A DNA stretch of 64,000 nt from Candidatus Dojkabacteria bacterium (GTDB lineage Bacteria; Patescibacteriota; Dojkabacteria; SC72; JAFGCJ01), in the NCBI GenBank assembly GCA_016932785.1, contig JAFGCJ010000001.1, positions 10,909-74,908 of the forward strand, given 5' to 3'. Both the position numbers and the translations under genes were made by a program. Below the pieces are notes generated by a model. That model saw only the letters and a program-made list of their open reading frames with translations, was not told the DNA's origin and made no database searches. Shown piece by piece: positions 38,601-46,800 of the stretch. Position 1 is the first letter of the stretch. Every line of letters starts with the position of its first letter.

Positions 38601-41600
38601 TTGGTCTACGCCATTGTCTTTTAATATGTCGACTTGTATCTGGTGATAGTCCTGCTGGACAGCCTCAATGTCTTGGAGTGCGTCCTCGAACTTTGGAACA
38701 CCAGCAAAAGTTTCGCCTCTAATTCTTCCAAGAAAGTCGCCTGTGGAGATAAGGTTTTGAACGACCTTGGAGACTGCACCAAAGATACCGCCTACAACGG
38801 CGCCTTTGAACATCTTGTTCAGCATCTCTGCTCTTCTTGCTTGAGCAACTGCCTCGGTAATTTCTGCATTAGCCGCTTGAGTAATTTCTGCAGTATCAAT
38901 GTTATTTGCCGAGATTATCTCAGGGATTACCTGGATCAAATGATTTATTGCTTCCATATTCTGGACAGCATTTCCTTCTGCGTTCGTAAAGCCGTTTTCG
39001 AGTTCGATGGCATTAAGTGCTCTGAATTCTGTTGTCCGTCTTAATACAATTAATTGTCTGTATGCAGTAAGCAGCTGTTGGTCGGTTAGGCCCTCAATAT
39101 TCTGGAGTGTCAGGTTTGGATTCTGGGCGAGATCGATATCTCGGACGGCATGGTAAACTGTTGCAAGATCTCCCATTCGCTGAGGTATCTGGAAAATATC
39201 GATGAGTCTGTTTCTAAGTCTATTTTTGAATGACAGAATGCCTCCAAGAAACTTTGAAACAACACAGTTTTCAGCCCATGTAACATGTTCACCCGGGTGG
39301 AACAAATGATGTACTTTTGAGTTGATAACTCCACCCAGCAGACCACCGGCTACTCCGGCTAAGGTTGCAACTAGTAATGCTCCGCCTCCTGTAGCAAGAA
39401 CTGTTCCGGCGGCCAAAGCCGCGATAGCTCCAGTAACAATTGTCTTGACTCCCCATGCTCCTGCAATGTTTGTTACAAATTCCACAACTCCTCTGGCAAA
39501 TTTCTTCCAGCCCTTGACTGGCTCTTTTTCTTCAACTTGTATTTGTTCACGTAGTCTTTGTGCGTTTTCTCTTGCTAGGGCTGCAGCTTCTTCTGCTTCA
39601 GCTTCGGGATTTTCGGCTGGTTCTCCTGGCTCTGGGACGGGAGCGCCTTCAACTAGGGCATCTATTTCGGCAAGTTCGGCCTCTCTTCGTACTAGTTCTG
39701 CTTGTGCCTGCTCTAGCCGTTCTATAACCCGCCCTAGCTCTTCGTATGCGGGAATGAGCTCTGCGGGTATGCCCCCGAGGTCTATTCTTGGGGGTTGTTG
39801 AGCTGCTGTGGTCGTGTCTTCTGCTCTGGGTTGTGTAGCAGTTCCGGGTTGAGTTCCGGCTCCGGTTCCCGCAGCCTGATGAGATCCTTCAGCCTCTCTT
39901 TGTGCAATAACTTCTGCCCAGTACTCATCAGTAACCTCTCCTATATCAACTCCCGCGGTTTCTAGCATATCTAGATTTTGGTCGGTAACTGCTATTATCC
40001 CTTCTACTAAAGCAATAACTTCCTCTTGATCTCTGATTGCTTCTTGAAGTTCGGTGTTTTCTGGATCATCCTGTAGTTTATCCTGAAGCTGCATGAGTTT
40101 AAGTTGTTCATCAACCAATTGGTTTGAAGCCTCTAAATTGGCTTTGACTGTCTCCTTGGCACTGTCTACTAATCCCTGTGCGACTTCAGGGACTGAGGCA
40201 GCTTCCTGCATTAGAATTTCTCTTTCATCTTCTGAAATGACGGCTTCGATAGCATCATTTAAAGCTCTTGCAATCTCATTAATTATTTCAGCCTCTTCAT
40301 CCGCAGTCTCCTCTTCAGCACGATGGCCTGCTTCAATAAAATGTCTTGCTGCAACCCTAAATGCGTCAAGATCTCCGTCTAATGATGTCGTAATGACAAC
40401 ATTGGTTTGAAGTACGACTTCCTTAAGAGCCTCTGATTTTGCAATCAGTTCTTGTGCTTCTGGGGAGAGGTCTTCAACTTGTACTGTGTGTTCGCGATCA
40501 GATGGAGGAGTACCGGTCTTGACCTCTTGTACCGGTTCTTCCTTAACTATGTCGCGCACTTGCTCCATGATCTGCCGTTGCTCATCTGTTAACGAGTCTT
40601 CGACGGCATTGTTGATCAGTGAATTGACTCTTCCAAATGCTTGTATATCTTCTTCGGTTTCTGCAGGTCTTAATTCCCGCATTTGGCGGAAATATGCAAA
40701 AGCCTGTTCCCTGAAACTTTCTAAATTCTCTTGATTAGTAAAAATGAGGCCATTTGCTATTCGAATGAGATTGTCTAGATCTTCTCTTCTTGCTAAGAAC
40801 TCTCTGTCTTCTGGTGAAAGATCACTGATGTCTATTCCTTCTTTGGGGGTAGTACCGGTTTCTGGTCCTGGTTTAGATTCATTATAAACCTCACTATATG
40901 CCCGTGTCATGATCTCTCTTTGCTCTCCTGTTTGAGTATCAGTAAGTGCTTGATCGATACTAGTAGTTGCAGTGAGTATGTCTCTGGGGCTTTGTCCTTG
41001 GGCCGGTACAGCCGACCTTAATGCCCGTAATTGCCGGAAATATTCATGTGCTGTTGTCTCAAAAGCTGATCTTTCCTCTGTCTCCGGTCCTAATTCTATT
41101 AGCAAATTAGCTATTCTTAGTAGTTCTTGAAGGTCTTCTCTTTCGCTGATGATTGTCCTTATGTTTTCAGGAAAATTATCGGGATCAATGGCTTCGGCTT
41201 CGTCCTCGTCCTCAGCTTCTGGGACAGGTAATCCACCGGCTTGTTCGATAAGGTCTTCCATTCGATAACGTGTGATGTACGATGGAATTTCCAAAAACTG
41301 TGGATATTCCTGGAAACATGCATATACTCTTTTAGATATAGCCCTAGCAAGAAGATCTTGTGGCCGGTCTTGGTTGGTTGCTCCTGTAACGATATTTGCG
41401 GGCTCGACTCCAGCTCTAATCTCCTCTATATAAATAGACTCAAGTGCTCTTTGGAATTCTTCTGCTGTTTCTGCCCGTTCAAGTTCTTCAACGAGAGGTT
41501 CAAATGTTTCGGTATACTGATCGGGTATGGGACGCGGTTCAGGTTCAGCGGGTTGTTCCGGTTCTTTGGCTTGTACTTCAGTCTGAGGCCCTTTCTCTTG

Positions 41601-42443
41601 CTGCTTCCGAAGAATAGCCGCTCGACCTTCTGGACTGTTGGTGCGAACAAATATCTCCTGATATATTTCAGGCAATGTAGCCACATATCTTTGCAATATA
41701 ACCCCTAGAGCTTCATTTAGTTGTGCCAGTAATTCTAGGTTAGGGCGTGTTCCAAGTATTCTTGTTTGCTCGAGGAATAAAGCCTCGAGTGCTTGTCTAA
41801 AGCCATCTGGAGTTCCAGTTTCTCTTATGGCCCGAATCAATGGTTCTATTTGGTCTTGAAATTCTTCAGGTATCTCTGGTGGTGGTGTGTAGGTTTCTGG
41901 TTCTAGAGTGCCCTGTACTTCGAAATCTGGTGGGGCTTCCCTAGATTGAGATTCTTCGGGAGGGGTTGGAGGAAGAGAGTCTTCATCCGGTGCTGCTCCT
42001 TGGATACCACCAACCGCGGGAGCTGGAAGCTCAGGCTGTCCTGTAGGTTCTACCGGTGTGCCAGCTTTTGTTGCAGCAACCTCCTGTGGTGCGGGCTGTG
42101 GAGCGGGAGGTTCTGCATCATTAGGAGGACTTGTTGGAGTTGGGTCGTACAAAGGACCTACTCCAGGTTTGGGACTACTATCTTCAGTATTGCCAGCGCC
42201 TTTCTCTCCGGGTCCTATTTCTGTATCAACTTTTGAATCTCCTTCTCCACCTTGTCCCCATTTTTCACCGACCTTTTCGAGTGTTGGTGCCTCGTTTCGA
42301 TAATATGCCTGTGCAGCATTTGCAATCTGTTCTTCTTGGCTACCTACGGGGTCAGGTGCATCTCCAGTACCTTGTCCGGTTCCTTCTGAAGTATCTAAAT
42401 CACCTTCTCCTGGTCCTCCTCTTGTTTCTGCTGACATTTTCAA
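35649..42443 (-). CDS. 2264-aa acidic, Pro/Glu/Ala/Arg-rich giant protein with two internal repeat families and a central Gly/Ala-rich hydrophobic hairpin
   Basis: Single uninterrupted ORF, very G+C-rich in places (hand count 41/60 at 37201-37260). There is no N-terminal signal peptide. The hydrophobic segment is NIAGAWGVKTIVTGAIAALAAGTVLATGGGALLVATLAGVAGGLLGGVI. The numerous antisense ORFs are judged spurious. Confidence 0.75.
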   Translation of the reverse strand: MKMSAETRGGPGEGDLDTSEGTGQGTGDAPDPVGSQEEQIANAAQAYYRNEAPTLEKVGEKWGQGGEGDSKVDTEIGPGEKGAGNTEDSSPKPGVGPLYDPTPTSPPNDAEPPAPQPAPQEVAATKAGTPVEPTGQPELPAPAVGGIQGAAPDEDSLPPTPPEESQSREAPPDFEVQGTLEPETYTPPPEIPEEFQDQIEPLIRAIRETGTPDGFRQALEALFLEQTRILGTRPNLELLAQLNEALGVILQRYVATLPEIYQEIFVRTNSPEGRAAILRKQQEKGPQTEVQAKEPEQPAEPEPRPIPDQYTETFEPLVEELERAETAEEFQRALESIYIEEIRAGVEPANIVTGATNQDRPQDLLARAISKRVYACFQEYPQFLEIPSYITRYRMEDLIEQAGGLPVPEAEDEDEAEAIDPDNFPENIRTIISEREDLQELLRIANLLIELGPETEERSAFETTAHEYFRQLRALRSAVPAQGQSPRDILTATTSIDQALTDTQTGEQREIMTRAYSEVYNESKPGPETGTTPKEGIDISDLSPEDREFLARREDLDNLIRIANGLIFTNQENLESFREQAFAYFRQMRELRPAETEEDIQAFGRVNSLINNAVEDSLTDEQRQIMEQVRDIVKEEPVQEVKTGTPPSDREHTVQVEDLSPEAQELIAKSEALKEVVLQTNVVITTSLDGDLDAFRVAARHFIEAGHRAEEETADEEAEIINEIARALNDAIEAVISEDEREILMQEAASVPEVAQGLVDSAKETVKANLEASNQLVDEQLKLMQLQDKLQDDPENTELQEAIRDQEEVIALVEGIIAVTDQNLDMLETAGVDIGEVTDEYWAEVIAQREAEGSHQAAGTGAGTQPGTATQPRAEDTTTAAQQPPRIDLGGIPAELIPAYEELGRVIERLEQAQAELVRREAELAEIDALVEGAPVPEPGEPAENPEAEAEEAAALARENAQRLREQIQVEEKEPVKGWKKFARGVVEFVTNIAGAWGVKTIVTGAIAALAAGTVLATGGGALLVATLAGVAGGLLGGVINSKVHHLFHPGEHVTWAENCVVSKFLGGILSFKNRLRNRLIDIFQIPQRMGDLATVYHAVRDIDLAQNPNLTLQNIEGLTDQQLLTAYRQLIVLRRTTEFRALNAIELENGFTNAEGNAVQNMEAINHLIQVIPEIISANNIDTAEITQAANAEITEAVAQARRAEMLNKMFKGAVVGGIFGAVSKVVQNLISTGDFLGRIRGETFAGVPKFEDALQDIEAVQQDYHQIQVDILKDNGVDQRVINRIFETIDDGDGVLRGEELAKVQALLGDDVIKTVTERTGEVVKVPSTGFSSYDELHLDNWDNPDLMKELDWGYGGKIHGLNVGTGEPGQFGGGMAIEDTFEKLHDAGVTLESLNQADGDGARAFNAILTGQMSVEDAIANPAFDLEVAGEVTKTAGTMTVEAFNNTMFGLAQEGYNCSTELDALAQAMAEAQREAALIAAQRSFLLASSQGSGNFYAALMRTGNNIVKGAFAATAAVAGQAVYAPDDTKDGDGRTQGRVGTRARAVARAARGDFDQQVRGQAEEREGEARPGIGQRAREAAREAGTRVRNAGRALAGRAVVEETAEPGAPVVPVIPLGAVGNATMARVATHAGQRATRFTEGEGDDEQTGFGFRTRRQAARFAQRLVEAGIVELDNPETLVQDSGNPAEGLDRAARREHNDRRYRVMFRRGEATVEPEEPAEPAPPAEPAAPRPQAGGTRTRRPGATAEMTQDLRDRIANLQTQIDEGREQAGRATAQLREQAARAARARTTGAGTVPVGETMRRVGRQPLTTAPVRPTTGTREPAGTEPATRPPARPAAPVPTATTTPQPTTTAAARETAQREAPTAQRPEHPLEAQIRASLREFNEKQTRWPDRGYTIGRDRRTSEGEIVGFRSAEAAQAFETYLREKGVIEEGAQTRVEDMGEPDKREVPDPATREKTRQRRYRLVVEEVATAEEPGTETAERELPNPNLPRIVVTENKEWRERFTKGDIRETIESYNGNIARGNYNGENLAGGGFQTREDAVRFAQHLVDTGAAEGEPSDWVNDLGPNVGDERVRYQVLYMKVISGERPTRPVVSEVTKREIPEYREEKQPKAEAEEKQEIPEDLFPEGEALLKAIENAETEEEAEAAYTAFYREYIPLSKRLDYNDADTLNAITELRLEFVHEKHPEFRKIGIRVYREVDTEFRTTFNGSPLDADENRSEAQAAPEEPPAEPSEPEAPPEEASPFDVAPEATQAV
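36170..37500 (-). repeat. Three dispersed ~70-90-aa repeats in the C-terminal half of the giant protein
   Basis: Unit 1: GFGFRTRRQAARFAQRLVEAGIV...RRYRVMFRR. Unit 2: IVGFRSAEAAQAFETYLREKGVI...RRYRLVVEE. Unit 3: GGGFQTREDAVRFAQHLVDTGAA...VRYQVLYMK. Confidence 0.7.
39320..39475 (-). other. Predicted transmembrane helical hairpin of the giant protein (around aa 990-1040)
   Basis: About 50 consecutive G/A/V/L/I/T residues with a GGG turn in the middle. Confidence 0.55.
40200..41165 (-). repeat. Three tandem ~105-aa protein repeats in the N-terminal half of the giant protein
   Basis: Unit 1: REDLQELLRIANLLIELG...AHEYFRQLRALR...TDTQTGEQREIMTRA. Unit 2: REDLDNLIRIANGLIFTN...AFAYFRQMRELR...SLTDEQRQIMEQV. 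Unit 3: SEALKEVVLQTNVVITTS...AARHFIEAGHRA...VISEDEREILMQE. Confidence 0.7.
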
Positions 42444-42456
42444 ATTTTGTTAAATT

Positions 42457-42945
42457 TTAGGTTGTTACGTATTCACCTACAAGATTCCATTTTTCTTCGT
42501 CTATGTTTTGTAGGGTTTTGGTGCAATTTGAAATCCTGCTCTGATAGTCTTTCATCTGGTCGACGTTCCTGGCCTCCTTCATCAGTCTCATGTATTTCAG
42601 CCTTTTTGCTTCGTACTGTTCTTTTACCACGCGAGCCTTTACCTCGCGGTTTGCGTCAACAAATAAATCTTCGGCATTTGGCAGGGCCTCCCCTATTTCC
42701 TCAAGGAGTGCTTCAACGTTTTTGGTATTCGTAGGCGGATATTTTTCCATTAAATCTTCGAGCTGTTTTGGTTTGAGGCTTCTACCGACTTTCTCCTGCA
42801 GATAATATTCAAGTACCAACTTTTCGAGAAGTTCCATGTACTCGTCTTTTTCTTTCTGGTCGACTGCCGACATTCCGAGAAGTTTAAACAGGTCATACGC
42901 GAGAATTGATGAATCATCACTTTTGGAGAACTTGTAAAGCTGCAT
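42457..42945 (-). CDS. 162-aa hypothetical helical protein, first gene of the giant-protein operon
   Basis: Its stop lies 13 nt upstream of the giant ORF start on the same strand. Charged, helix-prone sequence with no recognisable domain. Confidence 0.55.
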   Translation of the reverse strand: MQLYKFSKSDDSSILAYDLFKLLGMSAVDQKEKDEYMELLEKLVLEYYLQEKVGRSLKPKQLEDLMEKYPPTNTKNVEALLEEIGEALPNAEDLFVDANREVKARVVKEQYEAKRLKYMRLMKEARNVDQMKDYQSRISNCTKTLQNIDEEKWNLVGEYVTT

Positions 42946-43083
42946 TTTTATATCAGTCGATAAATTATCACAGCACCCGCAATTATATCGCTATAGGCCT
43001 TTGTTTGCAATGCTGTTACATTATAAAGTAAACCTTTTTGTTACATTTATGTCAAGAAGTTATCCACATTATTAAAAAAACTT

Positions 43084-43112
43084 GGTGTCAGGCATAGCCT
43101 ATGCCTGACACC
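43084..43112. promoter_or_regulatory. 29-bp perfect palindrome (14-bp arms, 1-nt centre) in a divergent intergenic region
   Basis: ggtgtcaggcatag-c-ctatgcctgacacc, read directly. It lies between the divergent starts at 42945 (-) and 43153 (+). Confidence 0.45.
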
Positions 43113-43152
43113 GGAGGTGATTTTTCGCGTCAAATAGTGTTATTATAAAATA

Positions 43153-43842
43153 ATGAAGAATATTCTTAATGAAAAACCGACTGATCCCCTGCATGCGAGA
43201 TACCTACATGCTTCCAGGTTTATTAAGAAATCTGACGTCAAAAATAAGAATATTCTGGACATCGGATGCGGGTTTGGCTGGTTTGAGGCTGAAGCCGATA
43301 GACGTGGAGCTTCAAAGATTTCGTCAATAGAGGTGACGGAGAAAGATCTTGAAACGGCGAGGAAATATCTTACTGATCACAAATTTCGGTTGCAAGCTGG
43401 TAGTGCGCTCGATCTTCCCTATTCGAATGAAGAATTTGATACTGTTGTTGCGTGGGAGGTTTTGGAGCACTTGCCGAGGGGAACTGAACAAAAAATGTTT
43501 ACTGAGGTTAACCGCGTACTTAAAGGAAAAAGTGTTTTTTACCTCTCGACTCCGAGATTGAGTCTTTTTAGCAATATTCTCGACCCGGCCTGGTGGCTGA
43601 TTGGCCATAGGCACTATTCTGTCGATTTCATTAAATCAATGGCAGAAATGACAGGCTTTAAGGTTGATGAACTCAGAATTATCGGTGGCTGGGGTACTAT
43701 TCTCTGGTCACTGGATATGTATTTTTCCAAGTGGGTGCTTAGAAGAAGGCCTATTTTCAGCAAGAAAGTTTACGAGTGGACAGATAGCGAATTTGAAAAA
43801 GATGGTTTTATGACAATTTATGCTAGACTAATTAAGAAGTAA
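43153..43842 (+). CDS. Class I SAM-dependent methyltransferase
   Basis: ILDIGCGFGWF (motif I) and FDTVVAWEVLEHL (motif II/III region). Confidence 0.8.
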   Translation: MKNILNEKPTDPLHARYLHASRFIKKSDVKNKNILDIGCGFGWFEAEADRRGASKISSIEVTEKDLETARKYLTDHKFRLQAGSALDLPYSNEEFDTVVAWEVLEHLPRGTEQKMFTEVNRVLKGKSVFYLSTPRLSLFSNILDPAWWLIGHRHYSVDFIKSMAEMTGFKVDELRIIGGWGTILWSLDMYFSKWVLRRRPIFSKKVYEWTDSEFEKDGFMTIYARLIKK

Positions 43843-43863
43843 TTAAGTAATCATTAAATCACG

Positions 43864-46800
43864 GTGAGTAAAAAGCCCGCTTTCATAACATTTCTAAAGA
43901 ATAACTGGCAAAAGATTTTTCTTTTGCTAATTCTGCTTGCCGCCATTGGATTGAATATAAATTGGGGTAAATTTTGTATTTCCAATGACAATTATTCTCC
44001 TGAACTGGAGCCTTCAGTTACCATTGGCAGGAGCCTGATTTCGCCGGCATGGAGGGGTTATAGGGCTCTTGGCGTTCCGTCGGACAGCGAGCAGTCCGAT
44101 TTATTCAGGTCAGGCATGTACTATGCCTGGCATATACTCCTTCCAAAGTGGGCCTTGGGTCAGCTATATGCGTTTTTCTGTCTTGCCCTCGGGGCACTCT
44201 TTTTCGGCAAATTGGCTGAAAAAATAACTAAAGACTATGGAGACGAGAAAATCGCCAAGCATGTTTATCTACTGGCTGGGGTGGTTTATCTGACTACGCT
44301 GTGGACGGCGTGGGTTTATAGCTATGACATAATGGTTTATATTACCCAATTTGGGTTTCTTCCATTTCTGCTTCTTGCGTGTTACAACTTCATTAAAAAA
44401 TCGGATGTCGTTAATGCGCTTGTTCTTATGCTGGCAGGTTTTCTTATTAGCGCTTCGAGCCTTATTGCGACTGTTTTCATCGTTCAGTTAGGAGTTGTCT
44501 GTATATTCGCGCTTTTCTGGTCGTTTGTGTCAACTCGCAAGATTTATCTTTTTGTCACTAAGGCTTTTCTTACTATCATTGTATTCGTTTCTACACAGCT
44601 TTTCTGGCTTGTTCCGTTTTTCCATTATGTGAGTTCAACCCAGTCCGATGTTGTCGAGTCGTATACAAATCGCTCTATAACAGCATCAACAATTGAGCTT
44701 GAGAAGGCCTCTATGGACGGGTGGGACTCGGCGCGACTTTATACCAGACTTCTTGAGGTTCCTGATTCGAACTATGGGGATGAGAAGATGTTTGCTCCCT
44801 CAGATGATTATAGGGAAATAGAGTTTCTTAATGTAATTAGTTATTTGCCCTTATTTTTTTCAGTTGTGGGGTTAATATTTGTCTTATTTAAGAAGAAATT
44901 TGGCCTGTTGTTCTTTTGGGTATTGGCAATTGCGGCTTGGTTCTTGATTAAGAATCTGAATCCGCCATTTGGTGAGTTTTATGCATGGCTTCAGGATAAT
45001 TTTGCAATATTCAGGCAGATTTTCCGGTGGCCTACATCGAAGTTTGGAGGTATTTATCTAATCGGTTTTGCCTTCACAGCAAGTATCGGAGCTGCATATT
45101 TATTTGAATTTATGTCATCGTTTTTCAAGAAAGGAGCAAATTTAATCTTCAGCGTACTTGTGGCGATAACAATTGGGCTTCAACTGGTTTTCGGGGCATT
45201 TGTGTTTGACGGAAATCTGGTACCAGATAGGGCTTGGGCAGATATTCCTGAATCCTACTATGAACTTCGTGATTATCTTGTTGCAAATAATCCGGACAAA
45301 AGACTCTACATAATGCCTCCGTCTAACACTGGTTACTTCAGGGAATATGACTGGAACTTTATTGGGTCAGGGTTTTTGCATTATATAGTTCCAAATCCAA
45401 TAGCTGATTTGGCCATGGCTCTTGGTTCTGATGAAAGTGAAAAAGCCATGGATGAGCTGACTCTGGATTATTTTGCCGATCCTGTGGACTTTCGCACGAG
45501 GCTTGAGAACTATGATGTCGGTTACGTATTAGTAGATCGAAGTTTGATAAAAGGCCGATATGGCTATGAAATCGATTGGGATCTTGTAGAACCGGCTTTG
45601 GGCTCAATGACGAAGGTCTGGGCTTCTGGTGATTTAGAGCTCTACGAAGTGCCTCAGAGCTCCAAAGAAAGGATGTACACGGAGCTGCATCCCGGTCACG
45701 ATATGTATCTTAGCGACAAGGACTATTATGTTAAAGCAGAGCCTGAATATGGGGCGATCTATCCTGCCTTGGTTGATCTTAGCGGATTGGAGCCGGAGGG
45801 CGGTTTGCTAAGGGGATCCTTTATGTATGAAGGCAAAGATGCAGTGATGTCGGATAATCTTGATAGAATGGATATTTCTCAGCTTCCGACCAGGGTTTAT
45901 GTTGATGAGTCGAGAGTTGTGGTTGAGCCTTCTCTTCCCAGTATTGGTGGTGTGAGTTCTATAGTGCCCTATATGGAGTATCCTTTAAGCAACAAGTACG
46001 AAAATCTTGTCGTTGGAGATCAGGTAATTGCCATTTCTAGTATTATCGGAGATGAAATTTCTGTTGATACTTCGTATGGAGATATTAGTGCTGTTTACGG
46101 TCTGAAGGATGCCGATTTTACAGGGAAAGATTATCGGAGAAATCTTAAGGATGCAGATCCTGTCGACTGTTCTGGTGAAGATCTGAAAGATATTGCTGAG
46201 GTTGAGTTCGAGGATTATGAACTGACACTCACTGCCCATGACGGAATCGGGTGTGTGGCAGCACAGCTTCCTAAAAAAACTGGCACATCTGTTGCGAAAG
46301 TTCAGATAGGTTGGAGTGCAGATGAGGGTACTCTTGTAGGATTTTGTTTGTGGTCGGAGAAGCGTGAGACATGCCTAAATAACGACAAGTTTCTCTACTC
46401 CAATGAAGGAGAGAACTATGTTGAAATGATTCTTCCGTCTGTTGTTGATCCTAACGAGGCGATGTCTGTAATTCTTTATGTTTTTGCAAAAGACAGTAAT
46501 ACGCATAGTGCGGTATTTGACCGGGTTGAGGTACTACAAAATGAAAAACTTGATGCATTACTGTTGTTGGATAAAAGTAATGCTTTTGGATCGGTGAGTC
46601 TCTATGTTGAGAATGGGCAAAATATTGATGTTGAGATACCGGTTGTCCGTGGGAGGTCGTCATACAGACTAGGATCAGTGGATGGTTTTATCTGGGAACC
46701 CGTCTATGAGTCTGGTGATGAGGAATTGAATTTAACTGGATGCGAATACTGGTCTGATCCGCTTGGTATGCACCAGAAAACGTATGAGTGCAGTTTAACC

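Noticed and set aside
35945-42460. About 25 ORFs of 60-160 aa, mostly on the + strand and a few on the - strand in other frames, overlapping the giant gene
   Set aside because: They are all nested within one continuous 6.8-kb minus-strand ORF in G+C-rich DNA, where stop codons are rare in every frame. Their products are Cys/Ser/Arg-rich nonsense-like sequences. I treated them as shadow ORFs.
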